A model generated the notes under the pieces. The model saw only the letters and a program-made list of their open reading frames with translations, ran no database searches and had not been told where the DNA came from. From positions 106,270,001 to 106,334,000 of the forward strand of contig NW_024704742.1 in assembly GCF_018977255.1 (NCBI RefSeq): DNA of 64,000 bases, given 5' to 3'. Shown one piece after another: positions 50,990-62,897 of the stretch. This stretch comes from Callorhinchus milii (taxonomy: Eukaryota). Position numbers and translations under genes: made by a program. The first letter of the stretch is position 1, and every line of letters begins with the position of its first letter.

Positions 50990-51430
50990 AATTACATAGA
51001 ATAAAGTCCTTCAGTCCATTTGATCTCATCTTTTCAGAATATCAACCCTATTGTTTTCCCTTTAAAGTTTTATGGTGTTTCTTAAATGAGTCGAATATCC
51101 TCTCTGGTAACCTATTTGAGCTATTGATCACCCTCTGATGTCTGCCCTACTTATTGCCTTTCCTGTTGTCCTGCTGTCTGAGTATATCTGAAAGTATTTT
51201 TTAGTTTCTCAATACTTTTAGTTTCATCTATATATTCATCAAAGCCTCTTCTGATATATCTCTTTTTGAAGCTGAAGAACCCTTCTTTACTTATCTGCTC
51301 AGCAATCTTCACTCATCCCTATACGAATAGTGTTCAGCCTCGATACTCTCCTTTGTGCATGCTCCGGAGTCTGGGTGGATTCCTTATGTCACAGTTGCGA
51401 GAATGTACAATGCACTAGGTACTGTTTATA
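50990..51430 (-). mobile_element. Decayed CR1 fragment
   Basis: CTCTTTTTGAAGCTGAAGAACCC and GAATGTACAATGCACTAGGT resemble reverse CR1 motifs (LFSLxKRR, YCVQF). Confidence 0.5.
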
Positions 51431-54400
51431 ATAATAATGTCAGAAGGACCTTGAAAGGATACACTGTAAAATGCAGTGACTGTGTGTTTTATATAGTAGC
51501 AGCCATAACTGAGATGTTTGAGAGGTTCTCCTAAAATGAAATGTCAAATGTAAAAATGTAACAATGATTATTTTTATTATGATAAGTTCATACCAATGTG
51601 GAACCATGAAGCAGGATGTGTCTTCAGGGGTGGGCAGAAAGATTTTATAATATAGCCACTCTTTTGCCAGTTGTAACCTCGGAAAACAAATAGCTGGGGA
51701 CAATAAATCAACCAGGTGGCAACCCTAAATTTAACACCTACTCAAGATGTGGTTAACTGTTCCCTTGTGTGCTGAATCTCAGTTGCAAAGAAATATTGCA
51801 AATTTTTCTCTAAAACTGACTTTCAGTATCAATTCAATGCCTTACTTGCTGTTTTCAACGCTGTTGCTAAATATTATTCGCCACTTGTACAGCTTAGCGA
51901 TAAATCATGTAACCATAGATTTTTTTCTGCACAAATAAGAAGACCATAGAGCCCATCATGCCCTCTCTGGTTATGACTTTTGTTTAAATGAGTAACATTT
52001 CTGTGCCATTGCAACTCCCCCACCATTATTCGCAAGCTAATTTTACCAACAGGAGAAAAATTGGCTCCTAAAAGACTGTTCTTTCTTACTGGATGTGAAT
52101 CGTAAAGAAGTCCCAAAGGTTATAAATATTTCAAACTGGGCAAGACGATGAATGCAAGTGACCTTTATCCTTCAGTGTACAATGCAATCTGAAATGAATA
52201 GGTTACTGAGTCAGTAATATATAAAATTCTTGCTGTTCCATTTGAGAGATGTTACAAACCAGCTCATCTGGAGTTGTAAAATCCTGCTTAATGGTGAGAT
52301 CATGCAGTACATGAGATCCCACAGGAAAAAGATCCAACAAAAAGCTGAAGCGCTATAGACATTTTAAAGACTGTTGTACACATGTCTCTGTTGAAATCCC
52401 TTTTACAATATAGGAGAATTGTCAGCAACAATGTTTAGATATGTTTCATAGTGTTTCTTCTCAATTTTGTTTTTTAAAAAAGAGAATATTTAATAAACAT
52501 TAAATTACAAGCAGATATAGAAATCAAAACCCTTTAAATCGATGCTTTAAAACCTGATGTGCAATTTCTTTCAGAATTTAACTGCACTCTTAACACTTGC
52601 TAAGAATTCGGAGACCACAATGAGATTCCTACCAAAGGAATGGCTAAGTGAGTGCCCAGGGAGAGATCCCAACTCTTGCTGACTGTGAGCTCAAAATTGT
52701 TATCATAATAATAGTAACAATTAAAAATCCTTACATTTTATATAGTTTCACGTCACAAAGATGTTTCGAAGCGCTTCAAGGGATATACTGAAAGCTGTAA
52801 TGTGTATTTTGTTGGAGAACACAGCAGCCAATTTGTTCAGTAATTCCTATGAAGCCCTTTAGCCACCTTGACGACATGACAAGGCAGTGTATCGAATGCA
52901 AGGATTATTATTATTATCTGTGTTGTGATTAGACAGTGGTAGTATTTCTTCAGTGGAGAATCCCTCCATAGCCAACTACCCTTTGACACATGCATAGCCT
53001 TTAGGAGTCTATCAATCCAGCAGAAGAATTAATAAACCAAGGTGTACAACTGTCTCCATCCTGTATGTAATGGGCATCATTGATAATGATAAAAATAATA
53101 ATCCTTGCATTAGATATAGCACCTTATCACATCACACATTTGTAGTTGTCTAAACACTGAATTATAGGACTCCATGATAATGCTAAAGGGAAAAAAGACC
53201 CTGAGATGGCAAGCTAGAATACGTGAAATGGAAACTGGGATATTTTTGAACAAATCACACAATGGCAGACTGAGCAGAGACTGATTTGAGTGGGAGGAAT
53301 TTATGCAGGACATGGGCTCAGTTGGCTTGCCCTAGGTGTATGAAATCTGAGGACATTCCACATGTACATCTTCTAATAAAAGACAGGTTCCAAGCTCCAT
53401 TCATAAATTTGCGTTCCAGCTTTGCCAACCCTCTCCCCTTGTGAAGTTGCTGTGCTCAGCTAGCCTTGGTCTACTTCCAAACAACCTAGTTAGAGGGCCC
53501 CTTGCATTTCATATTATTAACTGTGCTTCAGTACTATCCATAGAATATTTGTACTGTCTTGTATCAAAACAAAACATACAATTCTGTTAACCCCTAAACC
53601 ATTTGTTTGCTGGAATTTCTCCCCCTGTATGTGTCCAGGGGATTAGACCAGCCCTTGCTGAGTGTGTGCCCAAGGAGATAGCAATTGCATCAGTTATTCT
53701 GCATAGTACACTAGAATTTAAATGGAAACATACACCAAGCTTTCAAGCTCTCCAGATAGTGCACTGTGATAGATATTTAGACCATATTAGTCAGATTATT
53801 AAGGTTCAGTTTATATGTACCCTTCAGGATCTTGAATGCCTCAGTATAATCTTTCCTGATCTACAGACCACCTCTTTCTGTGGCACTATATTCTGAAACA
53901 AAATATATCAATGAGAGCACATAATTCTCTGACTGCAACCAGAGAATCCTTCTAACAAACCTGCTGCCCTCCTACACACAGAAGTGGCAAAGGTTGTAAG
54001 AAAGGTTTTCCTTTGAAGACGTTGGGTGAAATTTACACTCTGTCGGGTTTAAGGCCATTAAGATAGAAGTTATGTGTTAATTCCACACGTTTAAGATACC
54101 CATTATGATTTTCCCCTGAACATCCAAGTCCTGATAATGGTTGGTAAAATTAAGGTGTAAATCATTTTAAGACAGTCTTACAGCACTGAATGGTGGTGCA
54201 ATGAGCAGTAGACAAGCTTACGAGTACACACAGACAAGGGTGAAAGTGATTCAGGGGCATTGTCCTTAATGTTGTGTAGCTCCTAGACCAGCTCCACTGA
54301 GATCTCCCTCAAGACAACGGGGGCTATAAAGCTGAAGGAAGCTATAAGAAATGTTCTGCAGGGAAATGCTTTACTTTGAAATTAATCTTTTCAGATTAAT

Positions 54401-54679
54401 CCTTGTGCTGCTCAGTTGCTTTTCTTTCCATCCTATGGGTTTCCAAATGTTCATCTCGCTCTGTTACTGGAGTGAAAATTGTGATGTGTGAAATGTTAGC
54501 ACCAATGATACTAATTAACTGTTGCTTTGAATTTAGCAATTATGATAATGAACACATCAACCTTCTATATCAGAGATGATTTTCTCTCCATTTCCCCCTC
54601 CTGCCAATGCCCTTCTCAATGGTTGCACCAAGAAGCCAGTTGTGTATTGCTTCCAGCACACAGAGGACAGCAATGGACC

Positions 54680-55150
54680 TCCAGTTGGCAGGCTGATGAC
54701 AGCACAGCCAGCTAGGCACATTGGCAAGACTTGGAAGGGCAGACCAATCACTGGGGGCAAGGAATCTTCCTACTCAGATCCTGTTAACCCTGCAAGCCAA
54801 AGCCCTCATAGGTTGGATGGTCCTAGCTGGACAATAGGTGGGAACGTTTGCCAGACAGCGATATCAATGGCAAGCTATGCAGTTTTAGCTGGTTAGACTC
54901 CAGCAGTGCCCAGATGCACACTCTAAGGTCCCCAAGTCTTGGCTCTTGCCAATCTGCACCTAATACTTTCTGGAATTAGATAAGCAGGGTGAGTCCCTCC
55001 AGAGAGAAAGTGCGCATTCCTTTCCAACAATCTTATCTCTTGGATTTTCAAGTGTAGGTGGGATGCATGGAAATTTTAGTTTGGTTTGGATACTCTTAAG
55101 CATGTTGATGGTTGTCGGGTTTGTCAGACACCTGGTTGACCAAACAAAAA
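54680..55150 (+). repeat. Unassigned repeat family X, most complete copy
   Basis: CTGATGACAGCACAGCCAG...ACCCTGCAAGCCAAAGCCCT...TTTTAGCTGGTTAGACTCCAGCAG...GGTTTGGATACTCTTAAGCATG...CAGACACCTGGTTGACC, then an A-rich run. Confidence 0.85.
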
Positions 55151-56014
55151 AATGAAAGGATGGAAACTAGCTCAAGTAAATCAAAAAGTAAAGATGAGCC
55201 TGTAATCCATTAATTCACATACATTAGTAGAATTTGCATGCAGTTAGCATCCCTACAAATAAGGTCAACCCTATTTATTGCTGTAGCCTAGATACACTGA
55301 CTAGATATTTGTGTGCAAAAGAGAAATTGCGAGCCATTAATGAATCAGCCCACTTCTAAAAACATTCTAAGGATTAATGGCATATTGGGTCCATTTCACT
55401 AAGTGGTTTACACTACTTTTGTGTAGCTTTCATGAAGGTTCTGAAGGGGGCCTTCTGATCTGTCTAAATAACATCAGTGTTTTCTTAGAATTCCAAATGT
55501 TGTTTCAATGACTATACATGTATCATTTTAAGCTTCATTATATTTTGTTCTGCATAGGCTTGTGGATTATTTTGCAGGGTCATAAACTGTGCTTTCAGTA
55601 GCCACTCCATACAGCCTGTTATCTCTTGCCAAAATGCTGGGTCACAGTAGATTGAGACAGACTAAAACAATCAGATGTTGTGCCTAAGCCTCATGTATGA
55701 GAACTACAAACTACATGTGCCTGATATGGAATTTTTTCGCACTGAAGTAAATGTCATGATTAGGTAGGTGGACCCTGATATATATGCATATGGTAGCAGC
55801 AACCTTGGAACACACAAAATTATTGTTGAGGTTGTTGCTGTTCCTTCTTAGAAATTCTGATAACTTGTCATTCCAAGGGAAAAAGACTCAGAGACGTGTT
55901 ATTATCCAGAGTGGTGAGCTAGGCATATGTATAAATACGTAATAAACACCGATGGGATATTGACAACATGAAGACTTAGGTGTTAGTGACAAGTTAAGCC
56001 AGGATTGAATTATC

Positions 56015-56228
56015 AGGAACAGAGATCGCTGGAAACACGTCGCAGGTCAGATAGCATCTATGGAGAAAGGAAAGTGGGTCAACGTTTCGGGTCTACGATC
56101 CTTCATCAGAACAGATAAAGTGTCTCGTTCCTTTCTCCACTTTCCTTTCTCCATAGATGCTGCCTGACCTGCTGAGTGTTTCCAGCAATCACCGTTTTTC
56201 TTTCAGATTTCCAGCATCAGGAGTTTAC
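56015..56228. mobile_element. Penelope-like element end in inverted arrangement with a hammerhead-like core (- strand, 56078-56109)
   Basis: Arms GCTGGAAACAC...GCATCTATGGAGAAAGGAAAGTGG (56028-56077) and CCACTTTCCTTTCTCCATAGATGC...GTGTTTCCAGC (56137-56187). The minus strand reads CTGATGA-A-GGATC-GTA-GACCC-GAAACGTT. Confidence 0.85.
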
Positions 56229-57016
56229 TATATCGGATTCCAATTTGGGATATTTCGTAATGGCCTTTCCTTGGTAAGGAATCTGAGTCACGTAAAATGC
56301 AGCTTCCTTCCATTTGCCGAAAATACGTCAGGTCAGCCAACATGAGCTGTGCTCTGACACAATCTACTACTGGAACTGAATCCCAGATAAGGAATCAAAA
56401 TAAAATATCCCAGAAGTTTGACCCCTTATAAGTACTAAAGCCTGTTTATTAGGAGTGCATCAGTCATCTCCTGTTCGAATCTGGTCTTGGTTGACTGACA
56501 GTCCTTGTATGAGTGGTCATCACTTGATGACAGTGAGCTTCAGGATGACAAGCAAAGCAATGTAATTATAGTGGGTGATTCCAAATCTGTCTGCAGTTTA
56601 TTAAATGGATCAGTGAGGCAAAAAGTCTTTTTTGCTTTTGCCTAGTGTACCACTTTAGACACTTTATTTTCAATAAGTCCATTTTGTTTCAATTGCCGGG
56701 GTCCAAATTGTAACTTCAAAAAAATACAGAATTTACAATACTAATTGTGACTTTGTGACTGAAATTGTACAATTCACCACCAAACTAAAATCGGGGGGGG
56801 GGAAATGACAGCACAATGGCATTTTGCAACCAAGGTTTTGCTTCCTAACCTTTTATCAACCATAATGGCCTTTTTCACAGGTGAGATATGGCCTAAAAGC
56901 AAAATACAGGCCAATAGTTTGTCAGCCCTGTTCCTCTTCTCCTGCAATGATTTTGCTGTTGTGAGCCACTTGCTCCCCAAAACTCCAAAAACAAATTTGC
57001 CGGTTGTGTGAAATGA

Positions 57017-57122
57017 TAATAATAATCGTTACATTTGATATAGCGCTTTATCATGTCTTCTTGACATCTCAAAGCGCTTCACAGAATATACATTAAAGTG
57101 AATTGACTGCATATTTTGTGGG
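57017..57122 (-). mobile_element. SINE 3' tail fragment
   Basis: TAATAATAATCGTTACATTTGATATAGCGCTTT...AAAGCGCTTCACAGAATATAC. Confidence 0.85.
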
Positions 57123-57302
57123 AAAATTTTATGGGGTTCTAAGTGGGTACTTGCTGGAGCTGAAGTGACTTTGAAGAGATTGTCCTGGGAAAGGTTGCGG
57201 TAATCCAGGGCAGATTTGTGGATCTTCCTGTGTATGGAATTTACATGCATCCACTTTACAGGACTTGGTCTTACAGCCTGATTACTTATGTAATGTAATA
57301 GA

Positions 57303-57622
57303 GGACCCGGGTTCCTGGGCAGGGCGAAACGTTAGGCAAGTTTCCTTACTCCACATGCCACTGTTTACCAAACAGTATGTAGGACCCAATTGTTAGTCGA
57401 TTGGCGGTTTACTTTCCATTTATGTAAAACTCCCTGAAAAAAAATACAAAGTAATAATAATTTGACCACTCAATCCACAATTGTTAGTGGGCACAGTTTT
57501 ATGTAATTGCCAGCCGCATTTCGCCCTCAGTTAATTCATTTCACAGCATATTCTGTGAAGTGCTTTGAGAAGTCTCGATGATGTGATTAAGGTGTTATAT
57601 CAAATGTAAGGATTATTATTAC
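57303..57622 (+). mobile_element. tRNA-derived SINE, long form, 5'-truncated
   Basis: GGCAAGTTTCCTTACTCCAC...CTGTTTACCAAACAGTATGTAGG...tail. A TSD-like direct repeat TACAG(G/T)ACTTGGTCT(T/C)ACA lies at 57257 and 57623. Confidence 0.85.
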
Positions 57623-58029
57623 TACAGTACTTGGTCTCACAATACTTGGGTGCAATGAAAATGCTGGTCCCATAAACTATTTCATTGGTTGTGAGGCTTT
57701 CAATTTAATGCACTAATTTGCACCCTGTAAAGGGCTTGTCAGGAATTTCTGTTACAGGAAACAAAAGAAATTGTGAAGATTAACAAACTGGGGCCATTTT
57801 CAGTATTCACAATCTCAGCAGTTTAATGATCTGTTCAATAGGCTTTGGTAATGAGAAACTCAATCATAGTGCTCTTCAGAAAGATTATGTTGAAGATTGT
57901 GCAGATATAAACAATTGGGAATCAACATTAGAAGACAATGGTGGACTTTAACATTTTTGATGAATTTTTTGCATGTAATACAGTATTAAGCAATGTCAGT
58001 GTTGGGGAATGGAATTATTTTCCACTCTG

Positions 58030-58320
58030 TCACTTAGAAGGGGGAGCAAAGCCATGGAGGGCTTTGAAAGTGAGGACCAGGATCTTGTATCCTCTGTGTG
58101 ATGAGAACCCAGTGGAGTTGGGCGAGGATGGGGTTGATAGGGTCGTGGAGCTTGGTTCGGGAGAGGAGATGGGCTGCAGAGTTCTGGATGATCTGCAGCT
58201 TGTGGATGGAGGACTTGTAGAGACCGACTAGCAGGGAATTTGCATAGTCGAGCCTGGATGTTATGAAAGGTGTATGAGGGTCTCAGAGTCTGCGGTGTGA
58301 GACAGTGGTATCCACCACTC
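58030..58320 (-). mobile_element. L2 fragment
   Basis: Reverse matches the L2 at 14545 (CCAGGCTCGACTATGCAAATT...CTGCAGATCATCCAGAACTCTGCAGCCC...TTTCAAAGCCCTCCATGG). Confidence 0.88.
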
Positions 58321-58469
58321 ACCCTTCATGCCAGTAATCGTTTATCACAAGGTCATGTGCCTTGATTTCCAGTTAAAAATTAATGATTGCTCTTATTTTA
58401 AAAAAAGTATATATATTTTTAATGTTTGCATTGCTGGGGAAATAAGCTTACTTTACCTTATGTTGGAAT

Positions 58470-58878
58470 CAGTGAGGGTGGAGGGCGAGGAGGGTGGGGT
58501 TAATAGGGTGGCAGATGGCACAGTCAAAGAGGAGGGTCTTGAGGCGTGTCTTGAAGGAGAATAGGGAGCAAGCGAAGCAAAAGGAATGTGGGATGGAGTT
58601 CCAGAAGGTGGAGACAATGGTGGGGCAGGTCGGCCGGGAGACTTGGAGGAGGCCAGAGCCTGCTGAGCTGTAGGAGTGGACAGGGTGATAAGGGGTTACC
58701 AGGTCAGAGAGATGGGAGGGGGCAAGGATGTGGAGGGCCTTAAAGGTGAGGATGAGAATTTTGAACTCGATTCTCTGAGGGATGGGAAGCCAGTGGTGCC
58801 GGGCGAGGGTGGGTGTGATGGGTCACAGAGCCTGGTGTGGAAGAGGACATGAGCTGCGGAGTTCTGGATGATCTGCCC
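58470..58878 (-). mobile_element. L2 fragment
   Basis: ORF 58696..58914(-) reads [24 protein letters not shown] tail on + follows at ~58890-59075. Confidence 0.88.
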
Positions 58879-60319
58879 CCCAAAACAATCCCAAAAATAG
58901 AAATGATCATTCACTTCATGGCTATTTGTGGGACATTCAGTGAGGAAATTGGCTGCTGCGGTCGGCTACAAATACACAGTCCACTAAACTTCACTGTAAT
59001 ATCCCATGAAATACGTTGAGATGTCTCGGCGACATGATAAACTGCTGTACCAAATGTAAATATTATTATTATTATAATACTGTATAAGAAATGTTGTCAA
59101 AATGTTATAGTAGAAACAAAAACCCACTGGTCCCAGTATTACCATCAGAAAGATATCAAGTCTTTCAGATACCCTCCACCTCACCCCATCAAAATCTCAC
59201 AAGGCTGGGTAGTGTCTCTTCAGCTTTTCATTGGCATCCATCACAGCACTTATGACTCGCTCATCTATCTCAGTAGACCTGATATATTAAATGTGATTTA
59301 AGAGTCTGCGTGAGAATTTTGCAAGAAATTGCAAGAAGTTAAAGATTGTACGCAACATGTTTTAAGCAATCATCTCCTTGTCAGTCCACTTGTTGTGAAA
59401 TCAATAAGCCCACAACCACTTTTCTCAGTTATTTCCTTAGTTAGCATTTCCTTCCCTTAAGGTTTCGAGGGCAGCTGAGTTATTCTTGGCTGGATTGAGG
59501 AACAAAAAAGCCAGACCAGAGATGTTAACTAAGCAAATGACAATGGAGTTCTAAATTCACGGTTGTCTGCTTATTGATTTCTTGACAAGCAGATTGACAT
59601 GAAGATGATTGGAAGAAAGGAAACTGCAGAGAACATGCAGCTTCAAACGATGACTATATAATTAACATCTATGAAATTTACAGGCCATTTTCAGTTTTAA
59701 GAGTAAAACTGCTAAATCATTTTTGCCCTGACTTTCATTCACTCAATCATGGAACAGTGCCAAGCACTGGCAGGCCTTTATCAATTTTATCATTTCACAG
59801 AAAATTGAAGGCATCATGGTGCTTATAGTAGATTGAAATGTGTGTCTCTGTCTATTTTTATGTTTGAAAATGAATGCTAGGCAGCGCATGAAAAGAGGGT
59901 GCTGTTACTGTCAGAGCTGCCCACAGAGCAGTTGTAGGTCTCCCTTAATGCACATCAATACAATATAATTTACTTATATAGTGTCTTCACATCTGGAGGA
60001 TATCCTATATGAATTCTGGTCATGCACTGGTGCTGATTGTGGGAACTGGAGGGGGGTGAGGAGGGGAAAGATGCTCAAAAACAAAAGGAAATTATGGTCA
60101 CCACTTAATTCAGGGTAATTGTGACCTGGTGTTAAAACAAAATAAGTTATGATTGCGATATGTCCCATTGATTCGTCTACTCATTCAGCTCTGGCCTGCA
60201 ACACACGCATTGAAGCCCTAGCTGCGGAAGTAACCACTTGCTTCTTCCATGTCCTGTTTCCTCCTCTGCTGGATTGGAGAGCTGCATTCTGATTCAATCT
60301 TCAACACCAGCTTCCAGTC

Positions 60320-61134
60320 TCAGTCTTTTGTTCGACCCTGAGCTGTCCTTTCTCCCTCACATCCGCACCACAACTGGCACCGCCTTCCATCACCTCCGGA
60401 ACATCGCCAGACTACGGCATTACCTCACCCCTCACGCTGCTGAAACCCTGGTACACGCCTTTGTCACCTCAAGGCTGGACTATGGGAACTCTCTCCTCGC
60501 CGGCCTTCCCGCCACCTCCCTCCACAAGCTGCAGGTCATTCAGAACTCTGCAGCTCGTGTACTGTCCCGCACCAGGCTTCGGGACCACATCACTCCCACC
60601 CTCGCTCGCCTCCACTGGCTCCCCATCCCCCAGAGGATTGATTTCAAGATCCTCATCCTCACCTACAAGGCCATTCACGGCCTTGCTCCCTCCTACCTCT
60701 CCAACCTACTATCCCCCTACCTACCTGCCCGTACCCTCCGTTCCTCTGGCTCTGGTCTGCTCCACGTCCCCCGCCCCAACCGCCCTACCATCGGTGGTCG
60801 GGCCTTCAGCCTCTCAGCCCCCAGGCTCTGAAACTCCATCCCCCAGTGCCTTCGCCGCCTCCTCCCTTTCCTCCTTCAAGGCCGGTCTCAAAACCTTTCT
60901 CTTTAACCGAGCCTTCAGCTCCCCTCTCGACTCTCTTCCCCCTCCTCGCTCCCTCCCTTCCCTCCCCTCACCCTGACCATTTCCCCCCTCCTCGCTCCCT
61001 CCCTTCCCTCCCCTCACCCTGACCATTTCCCCCCTGCTCGGGTCATGACCCAACTGTGCAGCGCCTTGGGACGTCCTCCTGACGTGAAAGGCGCTTTATA
61101 AATGGAATCTTGTTGTTGTTGTTGTTGTTGTTGT
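60320..61134 (+). mobile_element. Young 5'-truncated L2 LINE (RT C-terminus, 3' UTR, type A tail)
   Basis: Uninterrupted frame FDPELSFLPHI...AFHHLRNIARLR...AETLVHAFVTSRLDYGNSLL...QNSAAR...LHWLPIPQRIDFKIL. CpGs are retained. Tail GCGCCTTGGGACGTCCTCCTGACGTGAAAGGCGC...(TTG)n. Confidence 0.97.
60936..61035 (+). repeat. 46-bp tandem duplication in the L2 pyrimidine-rich 3' UTR
   Basis: CCCCCTCCTCGCTCCCTCCCTTCCCTCCCCTCACCCTGACCATTT twice (GACCAT at 60975 and 61021). Confidence 0.92.
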
Positions 61135-62499
61135 CTCAGTGTAGCAGAAAGAGCCTCACTTATGTAAGTACAGTAGCTTCAACAGGAACCAGTTCTACTT
61201 CTAACACAGGTTCAGTTGCCTTCAGCAACTATTTTGTTCATGTCAGGACCTTCTTGAATTGCTGCAGAAGATTTACAGAGGCTGCATTACCATTCGAAAT
61301 GTGCTATAAAGCCACTGACAGTGTTTTGGTGACACATGCAGCCTCTAACAGGAGCAGTATACCTCTATTCAGTCGTGAGTTTGTTTATGACTTAGGAGGT
61401 CCTAGGAATGGTAAATTGTAAATATAAAGTGGGGCATCAGACACCATTCTTCCCTCTCCAGCCAAGCTATTATCACCACTTCCTCACTCAAGGTCACTGC
61501 TACTCTTCCTTCTATCAGAATCCACTGCTCTACACACACTCTACAATCGAGATCAAAAATCACACAGAATTAGATGTGACACTTCAGGTGACTTATTTCA
61601 GAGTTTGTTTCACAACTAATCCTCGATCATTACTTTGGCATTCTGTTCCTACAGAAACGTGCTTTCAGTGGACACAGTTCACTATCTTCTTCAAGGCTCC
61701 AGCCAAATAATAAACTGCATCCTTCATAGACTTGACATTTGGAAGTATTAACCTTTCAATGACATATGGTTCAGTTGTGCTTTTATATTTGTGCAAAGTA
61801 AAATTGATTTCATTGTTTATGATGGTTTCTAAACTGATGGTTTCAGACATTAACAGGAGGGTTCCTGCAGTAAAATTAAAAAAAAACAATGTCATTTTGC
61901 TACCAGAAGACCTGTATAATTTGCAATGCGCTGCTAGATTAATTAACACCCTGGATCTGGTAACGAATTCAATTTCCAACAGGTAACTAAAGATACCCCC
62001 GCCCCCCCAACACACAGACATCCAGCCCCCCACATACATACACATACACACTTCCCGAGTTTGGTACAATATTGTGCGAGGAGCCGGTCGAAGATTTCAA
62101 TGCTGTCTTTGCATGGCATTTTCGTGTTACTTCATGGAATACCGGCTTAACTCAATCACTGCCAAAGTCGTGGGGAGCGAAACAAAGCTTCACACACAGT
62201 CTTTGGTTATCAACTGGAAATTGAGATGTTTCTAAAACAGATTTGACACTCCGATCCTGTCAATAAATGTCATATCTTTTACCGCACTGAGGATTAGGAA
62301 CTATTGTGAAGTAAATGTGCCCACTACTTTATTGAGCAATTGTTTATGTGCAGTTACAATGTGTTACTGGGGTCAATCAAACACATGCTTATTGTGAATG
62401 CTTGTAAATATTTTTTCTATATTAAAATTGAAATTTCCTATTCTAATTGAAAATTTGGCTTGCATTAGTGAGTTGGAAGGGTTGGACCAACTGATTTAT

Positions 62500-62897
62500 A
62501 AACATGATCTTAGCTGGACAAGCAGGCTTTGCCATTTGGTAAAACTTCAGAAGTACTCAACACACATTCTGAAGTTCCTAAGTTGCCAACTGTGTCTAAT
62601 ACTGTATTAAATTAGGTAAGCAGGGTGCGTCTCTCAAGGGAGAGAATGCACATTCCATTCCATTCTATTCCAGAAGGAAATTTCTATGTGTAGGTGACGT
62701 ACATCTGTGGAACTCTTAGACTGTTTTGGATATTCTTAAACATGGTGATGGCATATTTAATGCTAAATATGCTCAAGCACTCTGTGACGCTATCCGCCTG
62801 AAGGGCACTATATAAATGCAAATTGTAATCGTTGTTGTAGTTGTTGTGGTTAATGGGCTTCCACATACATATCAGACACCCGGCTGGCCAAAGAAAA
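62500..62897 (+). repeat. Unassigned repeat family X, with an L2 type B tail inserted (~62775-62847)
   Basis: AGGTAAGCAGGGTGCGTCTCTCAAGGGAGAGAATGCACATTCC...TTGGATATTCTTAAACATGGTGATGG...CAGACACCCGGCTGGCCAAAGAAAA. Confidence 0.8.

Noticed and set aside
54692..54740. CTGATGA in family X as a hammerhead core
   Set aside because: No GAAA after a helix II in either long copy.
60238..60831. Host protein-coding gene (197-aa ORF); likewise 34825..35556 and 14608..15075
   Set aside because: These are L2 ORF2 C-terminal fragments, 5'-truncated and lacking the catalytic RT core.
61211..61410. Open 200-bp segment between CACAG| and ATG|GTAAAT as an exon
   Set aside because: Splice sites are moderate and the peptide is not recognisable; not supportable without expression data.
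62068..62090. TAT TGT GCG AGG (YCAR), like the end of an IgH V segment
   Set aside because: No upstream V framework and no downstream RSS.
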